From the NCBI RefSeq assembly GCF_963921235.1, contig NC_086108.1, positions 76,262,001 through 76,326,000 of the forward strand: a stretch of DNA of 64,000 nt, written 5' to 3'. Positions 47,578 through 61,007 of the stretch are shown in pieces. Under the pieces are notes generated by a model, which did no database searches, was not told the origin of the DNA, and saw nothing but the letters and a program-made list of their open reading frames with translations. This DNA is from Mobula hypostoma (Eukaryota). The position numbers were made by a program, and so were the translations under genes. Positions within the stretch are counted from its first letter, which is position 1. Every line of letters starts with the position of its first letter.

Positions 47578-49834
47578 TACAATATTCTTTCATTGTACCA
47601 CAAAATCAATATAATATCCGATAGTTGTTGCTCAACATACAGGCAGCAATCTATGTGTGGATTATCACTCAGCAACCCAGCTTTAAAAACAGTGACCGAG
47701 GAAATGATTCACTACACAAATTAAAATACTAAAAATAGATGAGCTACCTATTCTAGCTTGCATTGTTAAATACTGATATTTATAAGTATACTTTAACTTG
47801 CCTCTGGCTTCCTCAGACATGCACTATCACTGGAAAGCATCCAAAGATGAGGCTATAACATTGCTGATATTCACATTTATGATATAAATAACATTGCACA
47901 GACAGAATTATTCTAGACATTAACTATTGGATGAATTAGGGCGAATTAGCATTTCATCCAACATTAATCCTGTAATAAGCATCAGATAGAGTAGTTTTTT
48001 TCCCCTCAGAAAAGCAATACAACATGATTTCAATACACTTTCAAGCACCATAATATTTTACCGTTCCCTAATTACATTTTAGCTATTATTGGCATCTAAA
48101 GATATTTTTCCTGCATTATGGAGTCTTATACAGGGGATATTTTTTAAAGGTTGTGCAAGAAGTGGTTTCTCTTCACTTCTTCATAAATTAGATGCTTAAT
48201 CCATGTAGTTCAGTAGGGTAGGAAGATCTAGCATCCAGACATTTCATGGTAACTCATTGACAGAACTAGCTAAGAAACATGCTGAAGAAACTGGAAAGTA
48301 ACATCCCAAAGAAAGGCAAGTTAAGACTGGAAAATTTCCCCTTAGGATAGTGGAGGGAGATTATGTTTTGAACCCTGGTCTCTAATTTAAGAGGATAATG
48401 TTTTCAATACTGTACCAGGCTGAGAAAAGTTTATTATCTCAATACTGAAAACATTTTAATTTGTAACACTTCACCTTGTGTAGATTTCATCACATCAAAT
48501 GCCATCTGTGAACTGAACATGTGACTTGCTTCCGGGCCCTGATGTTGGTTCACAATAAGATACCAGGAGATAAGTGAAAGCCGCTAAAGATTTACATTTC
48601 AAATCTCTCCAGCCTGTGGCAAGGTGTCTTGTCTGTTCACCGATTCTCCTGTGCAGCCGGACAGTTTTAGGGGTAGGTCTGGCTGTGAAGTACTAATTCT
48701 TATTTTAGGGTGCCATTGACCTGTGTACAGATGAACATAGTTGGCCCATTTTGCATATGAAACCAGGTTTTCATTAAGAAACTTACTGAATCACTGTAGC
48801 ACAACTTTTATCTCTCACCTTTATAAGTAAAATGATGCTACCGCCTTGTGGTTCCCAGCATTGGCAACTTGCTTTATGGTTATGGTTCACCAACATATAA
48901 AAAACAAATTTCAATCCATTTCCCTAGATTCTAGACAGTTTCTTGAATATCTAATTCCTTCTACAGGATAGTTTCTTCACTTCAAAATAGAACAAATACT
49001 TTGGTTTTGAGCAGACACAAGATCCTGATTATAAATCCACTCATGATAATATGGTCCTTGACTTAAATCCACAATGAAAAATTAAAGTAATATTATTCCT
49101 CCTCATTAACCAAAACAGTAAAGTCAATTAAGGAAAAGGAAAACTATTCCAATAAAATACAGTTAATGGGTATAAAACAAAGACAATGATGAAAAATTCA
49201 TCGTTGAATCTTGGGCTAAAATAGTTACCTGAGGGACAGGTGTAGTTTGACAGAGTGCTTTTAGAGAGTGGTTTCAAAAACCACAGTTCATGCAAGTACT
49301 TCAATGCTTAAAATTGTAATAATTACGTTTTATTACAATGAATGCATATATGAGTAATTCCAGTCCTATGCACCATCTGAAACTAAGATCTCAAGCTAAC
49401 TCATACACTGTTTGCACCTGTAGTTGATAACAGAATCCAACCTGGAAGTCATCATGGAACTTGGTGTAAGTTAACAGCACTTGTGGCATGACATTAAATG
49501 GGGCCTTGCTTCAAATTCGTGGATCGCAAAATCCCTGGTCTTAATCCGCTTCATCTGAAGCCTGTGGCCCATTCTCTGCGGAATAAATTAGGAACCCATA
49601 CTGTACTAAAGAATGAACAATCTTTAGTTCATTCAAGGATCAACTTTATTTACCATATACGTACATTTACATGTATTAGGAATATTAGCAGCCTGTGAAA
49701 TTATCACCACAGTAACCAGCCTGAACATTAATGCAATGCCTATTGTAATATCTAGATGGCAGTAATTCTGAAAATTTCCTCTTCATTAAAAGGCAAAAAC
49801 TTCAACTTGCACGAGGAAGAAAGACAATGGTAGT

Positions 49835-50050
49835 GGTCATAGAGCTATTGAGCAATACAGCATGGATACAGGACTTTTAACCCATCCAGTTCATTCTGAC
49901 CAAAGTGCCCGCCCAGTTAGAACAAATTTGGCCCATATTCCACAAAGCCCCATCACTCCACACACCCGTCCAAATGCTTCTTAAATGATACTATTGTACC
50001 TCCCCCCAACACTTCTTTTGGCAGCTCGTTCCATCATCCTCTGGGCAAAA
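49835..50050 (-). mobile_element. CR1 3' tail
   Basis: catagagctatt..tacagcatggatacagg..ccaaatgcttcttaaatg..ggcagctcgttcca. Confidence 0.7.
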
Positions 50051-50202
50051 AAATAACAGCATGCTAACAGTTTTTTTAATTCCATTACAACTCGTTTAAA
50101 TGAAGGAAGTTAAAATTTCCCTCTTGCACTTACTCTATCCTCCAGAACTGTCTTATCTCAAAAACTGGAAAAGTCTTCCAGCTGGCTTTCTATCCTCTAA
50201 AT

Positions 50203-51065
50203 CAGCAGTCCCCAACCACCGGGCCGCGGAGCAGTACCGGGCCGCAAAGCATGTGCTACTGGGCCATGAGGAAACGATATGAGTCAGCTGCACTTTTCCT
50301 CATTCCCTGTCACACACTGTTGAACTTGAACATAGGGTTGCCAACTTTCCCGTATTTGCTGGGACATCCTGTATATTGGGCTAAATTAGTTTCTCCTATA
50401 CGGGACCGCCCTTGTCCTGTATTTCCCCCACTTAGGTAGAGCGTTCCTTTGAAACCTTTTGGGCCGAAATGGCATAATGCGAAGAAGCAATTACCATTAA
50501 TTTATATGGGAAAAATTTTTGAGCGGTCCCAGACCCAAAAAATAACCTACCAAATCATACCAAATAACACATAACACCTAAAATAACACTAACATATAGT
50601 AAAAGCAGGAATGATATGATAAATACATAGCCTATATAAAGTAGAAATAATGTATGTACAGTGTAGTCGGGAAGATTAAGCCGAAACTGATTTGTGAAGG
50701 AAAAAAATCTGCACGTACGCACATGCGCACACAGGTGCCCGCGCAAGGCTTCATGGTCATGGTAGTCTTTCTCGGGGTAAACACAAGTGTCCCGTCAACA
50801 CACACAAAAAATGTTGGTGACGCCAGGCAGCATCTATAGGAAGAAGTACAGTCAATGTTCTGGGCCGGGACCCTTCGTCAGGATTTGACTGCTACTTTTG
50901 TCCCTTATTTAGGAGTGAGAAAGTTGGCAACCCTAACTGTAAAAGACTTGTTGAGGTGAGTTTAACCCTACTTGAACCCCCCCCCCCCCCCGCCGGTCGG
51001 CCGGTCAGCAAGAATATTGTCAATATTAAACCGGTCCGCGGTGCAAAAAAGGTTGGGGACCCCTG
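50203..51065. mobile_element. Composite non-autonomous hAT, copy 2 (inverted relative to copy 1)
   Basis: TIRs CAGCAGTCCCCAACC / GGTTGGGGACCCCTG, 8-bp TSD CTCTAAAT (50195-50202, 51066-51073), inner TAGGGTTGCCAACT repeats at 50333 and ending at 50935. Confidence 0.92.
50795..50880 (-). mobile_element. PLE 3' tail inserted in composite copy 2, beginning at the hammerhead core
   Basis: Minus strand (C)TGACGAAGGGTCCCGGCCCAGAACATTGACTGTAC..gatgctgcctggcg. Absent from copy 1, which reads gtgtcctgggatttgac uninterrupted. Confidence 0.85.
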
Positions 51066-54000
51066 CTCTAAATCCTATTTCCTCTAGGGTTCATTTAAAG
51101 TATCTCAAAAAAATTCAGCTCTTGTCTTGGTCATATTAAATTTTCATTGAAATTTCATGATCTTTATATGTTTGCAAAAATAGGCTATTCTTTGGATGAG
51201 AAAAGAGACAGATAACTTTTCTTTCACACCTTTAACAATGTAAGTTACAAGCTGATCTGAAAATTCACAAGAACAGGAACAGCTTGAGAAAATATGCCTT
51301 TTAGTTTTCCATTTGCCCTTGTGGAGAACCACATGGCCCCTGCTCTCTAACCAGCAAAAACAGCAAAGGATTTTTCTCATTAACAAAGCTGATAAAGGCA
51401 TCGATTGCCAATGATAAAAGGGCACACAGCATCAAAAACAAACATCAAGAAGGTGGAAATTATTGCAAGTATGAGTGTCAAAAGATAATGAAATGTGTTT
51501 GCATCAAATTCCGATTTATTATTTTATTGGAGGCATTAACCCATTTAAAATAAACAGGCTAATGTCTCCATTAAACTAGAGGAGAGGAATCTGACATGAG
51601 TACATTAAGTATTTGCGCATCAGTATTTCCTAGCAAAATATATACCCTCACATTATTTTAAAGGATTACTTTGTGAAAAGTGTCTTGACAAGACACTATT
51701 TGTTCGGAAATGAGGAAAAAAGGCTTAAGCAGTGGAAGCTGTTTCCAGTGTAAAGATACAACAGATAAATAAATAAATGACAGATTTTCTGCAATTAATA
51801 ATACTCTGCATGTTTGAAAAGAAGAAATGCAAAAGGTTTTTCATGAATTATACACTCTAAGAGCAAAGATTAAGGATGCCACTTAGGCACAAATAATTTT
51901 TTTGTTGAAGAAAAGTAGTTTCTGTTCTCTAAAAATTAAGTGTAAAATACAACTGAGCTTTATATTATGATTACTAAAAACAATGGAAACTCTTTTGAGA
52001 ATAACTAGTATTTTTACAAGATTCCAGATATATATCATGCAGCTTTAAAATGATGTGGTTGAAGAAATATTTTAGGGTATATCTTCTTTTACTCTAATCA
52101 TGAATATTGAAATTTCTCTAGAAAATCTAGTTCTTCAAAAGTAATAAAACACAATTTATTAAATCTGAAAAGGATATGAAGTAGTACACAATGGGTTAAA
52201 CAATTTTTTTGTGTCATCAAAAAATCTACATGATGACATCTCTACTAAAAAAAAATTTCTGAGCTTATTATGGTGCAATATCAAATAACAAAAAGGCACA
52301 TTAGTACATGAGCACCATTAATACTGGGAGGAAAGAAGTGATATGTAGCTTATTTTATTGAAGAAAAAAATCCCTGAAATTTACATATAGAGTATTCCAT
52401 ACTCATTACTTCTCAAAGAAAAAAAAATCTGTGGAAAATTAATTTTCACAGATTACTGCTGATGTTGCTGAAAATATTTCAATAATAAATTAACATATAT
52501 TGGACAGTTTCTTCAATTAAATTCTTTATGTATGCAAACCTTGCTTCTGTCATTATAAATCATATATTTTCTGGCTATCTTGTGGTTCTTTGTTACATGC
52601 AATTCTATCTAAAAGCTGTATTCATTAGAAAGCTACAAAAATTACTCTTATTACTGATATCTCCTGTCTTCAGTCAGATCAAATATTTTATAATGCATAG
52701 CTACATTGTGTGGTATTACTTAATACTGTAGTTTGTACAGGGATGTTAGAAAAAGATACAGATTAGAATCTTTAGAGAAGTCTTTATGATGCGTTAGAAA
52801 TTTTAAAAAGCAATACATAACAACTCTAATGCAAAAGCTCAGATCACTTAAATTTTCGTTCTCAACTCCCTCCATTGTGAAACAAATGCATTTTAACAGG
52901 TACTATATAAAATAATAAATTAGGAACCTATACTAAATGTATTTCAAAAATCACAAAACACTTTAATGGGATGAAATTCAATAAAAAATAAATTACAAAA
53001 AAACACTTTAATGTAAATCTACCTCATGCAAAGAAACATAAAAAGTAAATAAAATCAAGATTTTTTAACAGTGGAGAATGGATCAAAATTTGATTTCCTG
53101 TACACCATCCCCCACCCCTCAATGCCTTGTCTGTAATATGTCTATCTCTTTCTGTTTACACCAGAAGATCAATGCTATGTATCAAGTTTAAAGTAACTCC
53201 AAGGCTGAACACAACAAGGTGACAAACACTGAGGCCATGGATCAATACAGGAACAGAGATCACCTCCAGAAACCAATCGCCTATCAGATTGCAACTGACT
53301 GTTCCTCATTTTTCCCCTCCTCAAATCTAACAGCACTTGCCATAATAGATCAGCCAAGAAATCCAACGGAAAGGGGATGTTGGTAGGGCTAATACTTTTA
53401 CAGCAGCAGTTTAATCTGTGACAGCAGGAGGATTTGGAGAAGCCCATTAACGTGTTCTATCTGATAAGGTTAGGTTTAATCTGTTTGCCTGAGGTATTGA
53501 ACAAATGCATTAAGGATAGTTTATTCTTTTTTTCTCCCTTAGGGGAGGAGAGGTACTGTACAGGGGTAAAAAAAAACAACAGCAAAATATACATAATTGG
53601 CATCTGACTGCTGTAAAAACCAGTTTATTGCATACCATTGCATTCACGTCATAAAACAGGCTTCAAACTACACGTGGAATAGGATTATGAAAAGAAAGGA
53701 AATGGATCATATTTGAAATATATTTTGATGACATTGCAAATTAATTCAAACACCACGTAAATAAAGATTTTACGTCATAAGATGCTATGGTAAATGGGGT
53801 AATCATTTTTTTTCTATTTCAAAACAGGGCCCTTTTGTTGTGTAGTTTTCTTCATAGAAATTTCAAGATAGCCCACTGAAGGAACAATCAGATCACAACC
53901 AACGATATATAAAAACGAAGAATTTTAAAAGCAAGACATCATTCAGCCCTTAGATAAACTTTCAACAACATGTTTATGAATTTATATGGCACAATTAACA

Positions 54001-54427
54001 AGGCAAAGTATTACAGGGCAATTCCCATTCCAAATGTTGGTCATGCAGGGAACGGTCAATGGTGACAGTAATACAGCATTTATTGTCGGAAAGAATTTAA
54101 ATATTTAAAAGTCTGAATAAGTTAGAAGATAAGTAGGACAGGTGAGAGAATCAGTGAAGATAATCAAATTTACCATTAAAAAATATGCAGGTCAAACTTT
54201 CTAAGTGAGAAGAATGAGATGAGATGGACTGTTATGATACTTTGAGGTGAAACAGCCAAATTTAGTGGACTAAACTTCAGATTTAACACTCAGCTCATTG
54301 AACAGGAGAGTGGGGTTATGTGTTGCTAGTTTATTTGGCGCAAACGCCAGAAAGCATGGATTGAATCTTGGGTTTGGATATTTTGCCGGTTGCAGTAAAA
54401 GTTGATTTTTATCTTACTAGCATTTAA

Positions 54428-54540
54428 ACATAGAACATAGAAAACTTAAAGCATAATACAGGCCCTTCAGCCCACAAAGCTGTGCCGAACATGTCCTTAC
54501 CTTAGAAATTACCTAGGGTTACCCATGGCCCTCTATTTTC
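54428..54540 (-). mobile_element. CR1 3' tail
   Basis: (aacatag)n followed by tacaggcccttcagcccaca..tgtgccgaacatgt. Similar to 6768-6880. Confidence 0.8.
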
Positions 54541-54659
54541 CCATTTTAACTGTTGCAAATCCAGCTCTTTGTTGAATTGATGTTTGAGCAGATTGATAAA
54601 TAATATGTAAATATGTGCATTTGAGGACAGTGACAGAGAAGTAAAGCAGAACCCATGTT

Positions 54660-56045
54660 TACAAAAAATGTAAGGAAAAAACATGCTGGAAGTATTCAGA
54701 TCAAGCAATATTTGTGAAGAGACAAAATTTTCAAGCTGACAACTTTTCCTCAGAACTCAGTTAGATATGCAATTTAAAGAAAATAGTGGTAGTGGTGGCT
54801 GAGACAGGATGCTGAAAATTTGTTAATCACAAATAACCTGTCTGGAGGATGTGTGAATAGAAGGAAATGAATGAAAGTAGAGGAGGGAGAAAGAAAATAG
54901 TGCTGAAAGATACTATGATTTCTGGATATCTGAAATCAAAGAGAATGCTGTGGATATTCAACTGGCATCTGTTGACATAGAAAAGCAGAGATACCATTAC
55001 AGGTTGGTGATCATTCATCAGAAATGACACGTTAAGATACACATGGGAAAGGCTTGTTATCCGAAGTTGTTAAATTCATTGTTGAGTCATGAAGGATATA
55101 TAGTGCTTCTTCACCTGTCTGGCCACTTTCTTATGCTAAACATGACTTCTTTAATTCTGCTCAATTCCTAGAGATCAAGGTATAGCCATGGAAATCCAAA
55201 GAGGTCCAAGTTATACCTAACTCTGTTTTTCATAGAACATTCCTTGTTTCAGTTCTATTCAGACACCTTATCTCACCTTTCCTCCCCCCAGTACTTGGAT
55301 GATTCGATTGATATTAATTCTTGCAGGGAAACTCAAAACCATTTACCATTTTGCTGGCAATTTGTCACCTGCTCTCACTTTCAGATGGTCCAAATCCAAC
55401 TCTTCACTTTTCTTTCTTGACTTCTCTTCTACACTTCAGGGAATAGTTTAGCAAGCAATAACCTATTGCCTGCAAGCTCACAGACTCTCACAGCTACCTC
55501 GACCACACTTCCTCCAACCTTTGCTAAGTACTGCAATCCATTCTTCCAGTTTATCCATTCTATTGAGATACTTTTTATACCAGAGCTTCAGGGAGGATAT
55601 TCAGTTTTCCTTAAATGTGGTTTACCCTCCCCCAAAGTCGACAAGATTGTCTCAAACATCAAAGTAAATTTATTATCAAAGTACATCAAAGTATATGTCA
55701 CTATATACTACCCTGAGATTCATTTTGTTGCAGGCATTCACAGTAGAACAAAGAAATATAATGGAATCAATGAAAAACTACACACAAACAGAGACCCTTT
55801 TGTTTCTGTTGCATTTTCGGTATCACCGATTGTATACTCACCAACACCAACAAGCCTCCACTTTCAATGAATCATCCCGTGTAATTTCTATCACATTCCC
55901 ATTTTTTTAAATATCCTGAAGGGTCTCTTCCTTCCTCAGCTCTCTGGAACACTCCTCTGCCTTCATTAACACTCTCCTTGGTGATTGCAATAGCTTGTCT
56001 TCTTACCACTTCCTTTCCCACCATCCAGAAACCCAAAAATCCTTC
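54660..56045. mobile_element. Old PLE with an inverted 3' arm (about 54660-55105, -) joined to a forward RT remnant (about 55105-56045, +)
   Basis: Minus-strand LNNEFNNFG* matches the PLE C-terminus. The plus strand has degenerate matches to LHLAELVLTLNNFSF..GVAMG..GPSY and to the YLDY..SHP region. Confidence 0.6.
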
Positions 56046-56051
56046 TCGCGG

Positions 56052-58495
56052 AACCATAAGACATAGGAACAGAATTAGGCCATTTGGTCTATCAAGCCTG
56101 CTCCCCCATTTCACCATGGATGATCCAGTTTTCTCTCTGACCCAATCTCCTGCCTTTTCCCCCTTACCCGTCATGCCCTGACCAATCAAGACTCTATCAA
56201 CCTCTGTCTTAAATATACATATAGACTTGGCCTCCAAAACTGACTGGGGCAAAGAATTCCACAAATAAATTCCTCCTCATCTCCATTCTAAAAGGATGCC
56301 CCTCTATTCTGAGGCTGTCTCCTCTGATCTTAGATTCTCCCACCAGAGAAAATATCCTCTCCACATTCACTCTATCAAAGCCTTTAACCATTCGAGAGGT
56401 TTCAATGAGGTCACCCCTCATTCTTCTGAATTCTAGTGAATATCCCAGAGCCATCAAATGCTCTTCATAAGACAAGTCATTCAATCCTGGAATCATTTTC
56501 CTGAACCTCCTTTGAACCCTCTCCAGTTTCAGCAAATCCTTTCTAAGATTAGTGGCCCAAAACTGCTCACATTTCTCCAAGTGAGGCCTCACCAGTGCCT
56601 GATAAAGTCTCAACAGTACATTCTTGTTTTTATATCCAAGTCCTCTTGAAACGAATGCTAACGTCACATTTGCCTTCCTCACCACAGACTCAACTTGCAA
56701 ATTAATCATTAGGGTATCCTGCACAAGGACTCCGAAGTCCCTTTGCACCTCAGTTTATTGTATTTTCTCTCCATTTAGAAAATAGTCAACCCTTTTCATT
56801 TCTTCTACCAAAGTGCATGACCATACACATCCCAACGCTATTTGCCATTTCTCTGCCTAATCTCCTACTCTGTCTAAATCCTTCTGTAGCCTCTCTACTT
56901 CCTCAAAACTACCTGCCCCTCCACCTATCATATCATCTGCAAATTTTGCAACAAAGCCGTCAATTCCATTATCCGTATTATTCACATATAATGTAAAAAG
57001 AATCGGTCCCAACATAGACCACCACTAGTCCCTGGCAGCCAACCAGAAAAGGCTCCCTTTATTCCCACTCTTTGCTTCCTGCCAATCAGCAACTACTTTA
57101 TCCATGATAGAATCTTTCCTGTAACACCATGGGCTCTAGCTTGTTAAACAGCCTTATGTGTGGCACCCTGTCAAACACCTTCTGAAAATCCAAATATACA
57201 ACATCAAGTGATTCTCCTTTGTCGGTGCTGCTTGGTATTTCTTCAGAGAATTCCAACAGATTTGTCAGGCAAAATTTTCCCTAGGGGAAACCATATTGAC
57301 TGCAGCCTATTTTATCCTTGTCCTCCAAGTATCCTGAGACTTCATCTTTAATAATCGACTCCAACATCTTCCCAACCACAGAGGCAAGACTAACTGGTCT
57401 ATAATTTCCTTTCTTCTGCCTCTCTCTCTTCTTAAAGTGGAGTGATATTTCCAATTTTCCAGTGTTCTGGAACCATTCCAGAATCTAGTGATTTCTTAAC
57501 GATCATTACTAATGCCTCCACAATCTCTTCTGCCACCTCTTTCAAAACCTGGGATCTACACCATCTGGTCCAGCTGACTTATCTACCTTCAGATATTTCA
57601 GTTTTCCAAGAACTTCTCTCTAGTAACTTCACACACTTCATGTCCCCTGACAGCTGGAACTTCTACCATAATACTAGTGTCTTCCATAGGGAGGACTGAT
57701 GCAAAATACTTATTCAGTTCATCCAGCATTTTGTTGTCCCCCATTACTACCTCCCCTGCATCGTTTTCCAACTTCCTGACATCCATTCTTGCCATTCTTT
57801 TATACTTTATGTATCTGAAGAAAGTTTTGGTATCCACTTTAACATTATTGGCTAGCTTACTTTCATATTCCATCTTCACCATCTTAAAGCCTCTTTAAGT
57901 TCCCTTCTGTTGATCTTTAAAAACTTCCCCTTCCTCTAACTTCCCACTAATTATTGTTCTATTATATGCCCTCTCTTTGGCTTTTATAATGGCTTTGACT
58001 TCTCTTGTTAGCCATAGCTGTGTCATTTATTCTTTAAAATACTTCTTCCTCTTTGGGATATATATATCCTGTGCCTTCCGAATTGCTTCCAGAAATTCCA
58101 TCCAGTGTTCTTTTCCAATCTATTCTGGCCAACACTTCTCTCATCCCTCTGTAATTTCCCTTACTCCACTGTAGTACTGATACCTCTGACTTTAGATTCT
58201 CCTTCTCAAATTTCAGGGTGGATTCATCATATTATGATCTCTTACCCCAAGGGTTCTTTTACCTTAACGTCTCAAATCAATTCTGGTTCATTGCGCAACA
58301 ACCAATCGAGAATAGCTGAACCCCTAGTGGGCTCAACCACAAGCTTCTCTAAAAAGCCATCTTGTAGGTGTTCTAGAAATTCTCTTTCCTGGAATCCAGC
58401 ACCAACCTGATTTTCCCAATCTACCTGCATATTGAAATCCCCCATGGTTATTGTAACATTGCCCTTATGGCATGCATTTTCTATCTCCCGCATTG
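56052..58495 (-). mobile_element. CR1 ORF2 fragment (APE through 3' end, about 2.4 kb)
   Basis: ITMGDFNMQVDW..ILDWLLRNEP, KMEYESKLANNVK..FFRYIK, QRDFGVLVQD..LRLYQALVRPHLE..LERVQRRF, with an accataagacatagg tail. Confidence 0.93.
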
Positions 58496-58919
58496 GGAAA
58501 AACTGAGTTTCAGGTTGAAGGGAAATAAAATTCAGGTCGGAAGGAAGAACTTCCTCCTGCAATCTAGCATAGACCAATTGAGTAGAATACTGAAGTTTGA
58601 ATGTATCTTAACCAATCTGATATCATATCATCCGAACATATTTTCAACATTTCTGAAGAATCTTGTCTTTATATTGTTGAATAAATTTCTGGAAAATTAT
58701 GAAGATATATTCAAAGGATTGTTCTTGGAAATTTAAGAGCATCAAACTCACATACATTTTTCTATGAAATGCCAAACATCCACTGTTAAAGTAACCAGTA
58801 AAAAATGCACTGAAATCTCAGGGAGAACAAAGAAAACTGATAGGGGATTGGGGAATACTAACCACAAACCATTTGGGACTGAAGTCTGTTATTCTCAATA
58901 TTTTTATATATTTTCTTAT

Positions 58920-59110
58920 TTTATTAAGATACAGCGCAGAACGGGCCTTCTGGCTCTTCAAGCTGTGCTGCCCAGCGATTCCCGATTTAATCCTAGCCTA
59001 ATCAATGGACAATTTACAATGACCAATTAGCCTACCGACCAGTTGGTGTCTTTGGACTGTGGCAGAAACCAGAACATCCGGAGGAAGCCCATGCAGTCAT
59101 AGGGTGACTG
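58920..59110 (-). mobile_element. V-SINE (HE1-like)
   Basis: gatttaatcctagcctaatc..ggacaatttacaatgaccaatta..tttggactgtgg..aaaccagaacatccggaggaa. Confidence 0.8.
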
Positions 59111-59449
59111 CATGGGAGCATTGAGAATGAAGAGATGGACCATTCTCCTGTCTTGATGTGACATGGATTGGAGAATATGTAAAGAAAAAAACCGAGAGAA
59201 AAACATAAGAAAGAAACAAGTGCTGAGGCAAATGTTTGAACTCATTTTAATTGGATGGACAGATCTGAAGGAAGATATGAAACTATTTCATTGCAAGTGC
59301 AATGAATTGTTTACCAAACAATTCTATGTAAAATAGATATGGAAGTAATCACAGAGCAAGATTATTCAATACCTTTATGAAGAACAATGAGTTTAATGTG
59401 TAGAATAGGAGAGCAGGCTTAATGTTTGTCTACCTGTCAAACATAGACA

Positions 59450-59645
59450 GTTCAAAGTACAAACGTACAAAGCATGTATACTTTATACAACCTTGAGATT
59501 CGTTTTCTTACAGGCAACTACAAAACAAAGAAACCCAATAGAACCCATTTAAAAAAGACCATCAAACACCGAATGTGCGGAAAAAAATACAAAAACCATG
59601 CAAACAATAAAAGTAAGCAAATAGCATTCAGAACTGAAGTTCACA
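59450..59645 (-). mobile_element. 3' part of the 35250-35960 family
   Basis: aaacaaagaaacccaata..ccatttaaaaaagaccatcaaa..cattcagaactgaagttca is shared with 35320-35437. Confidence 0.7.
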
Positions 59646-60528
59646 AAAGAAAGAGGTACTGAAAACATATTTGTATGTCAGGAATGCACAACACAACCTC
59701 CTAAAGCATTATTCCACGTGGCTAAATGTAAAATGACACAATTCCATTGGATCCGCATAGAGTATTACAGAAACTGTATTGATTAGGAATTAATGGATCC
59801 CCAACGGGATACACGATACAGGAAATCTTTGGTCATCCAGAAAAAGTTATACTGAATAAAGGCCCAAAGTTTAGATTGTTTCAGTCTGACCAATTCATAA
59901 AAAGTGTTAGAATAAAGTACAGGTTTACTTCTCCTCACAGACTCGCTTCAAACAGAGAAGGAGAAAAGCTATCTCTTCATAGCAAAAATGGCACTGATTA
60001 AACAGTTCATGGAGGATCAATAGGACATTGCCAAGAAATAGTGACATGCACCATTTCTTCAAAGGAATAATGCCAAATTTCTCAGCAGGATACACTCCTG
60101 TAAAAATACTGAGAAGATTCAGGACTGATAGAGGCTCATTCAGTCCAAGTAATAAAGAAAGGTGGAGGAAAGGCAGATGAAGATAATATTAGCCACAAGG
60201 GTGACAGAATTCCTGTGCTAAGGATATTAGGAGATCAGAGATCAAAAGATTAGGTGTTGGTAAATATTAAAGGTATATGGCACTTAAGAATTATCTCGCA
60301 AAGATTGGCATTAAATCCCATAATGTTCACTGTTTAATCCTAGTGTACAATACCCAGAAGAACAACAAAGAATATCGTACAATTGAAGATGTTTCTAGAA
60401 TGCATCTTATAATTCTTCCAGAAGAAACAATAAGTAAAAATTTTAATGTGAGTTGAGGTGAAAAATGATACATCTCATATTGACAGTACACCAACATTTG
60501 ATGAATCCAAAAATTCAACATAATTATC

Positions 60529-61007
60529 TTTCTTTTCAAATCTTTTTATTATTATTATCCAAAATTAACAAGAGCACATCGAAGTAGGCAACACTTACGA
60601 TGTCTCAAGAAAAAAAACATCGTTTTAAAGATGAAAAAATTTTTGGTTTGGTGACAAAAAAAAGAAAAAAACCTACTAAGCAAGAAAAAGTGAGGAAAAA
60701 AAACCCATTAGGTGTTCAACCCTGGAGCCATGCGTCATACAAAAAGCTTCTAAAGATAAACATCAAACAACCTGCAAGAAAAAAATACCAAAAATTTACA
60801 ATTAGATCATGGAGGAAATCTATCAATTATGTTTGTAACGAGCAAATGAACCCCATCTTTTCTCAAAATCAAACATAGGTTCAAAAGTTCGACTAGTTAG
60901 CTAGGAGGGCCATTTTGTTGAAGTAGAAGGATACATCAGCTCCCATTTTTGTCACAATGGTTCTCTCAAGTGATGCTATGTCTTAGTTTGGAGAAAATTA
61001 GAAGTCG
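60529..61007 (-). mobile_element. L1/Tx1-clade LINE 3' fragment with a 5' inversion
   Basis: 12-bp TSD AACATAATTATC (60517-60528, 61008-61019). The + strand 60897-61010 reads LARRAILLK*KDTSAP..SQWFSQVMLCLSLEKIRSRT and the - strand from 60894 continues SRTFEPMFDFEKRWGSFARY, then a T-rich 3' UTR and AATAAA. Confidence 0.85.

Noticed and set aside
60600..60878. Lys-rich 92-aa ORF resembling a basic nuclear protein
   Set aside because: It is the antisense reading of the T-rich L1 3' UTR.
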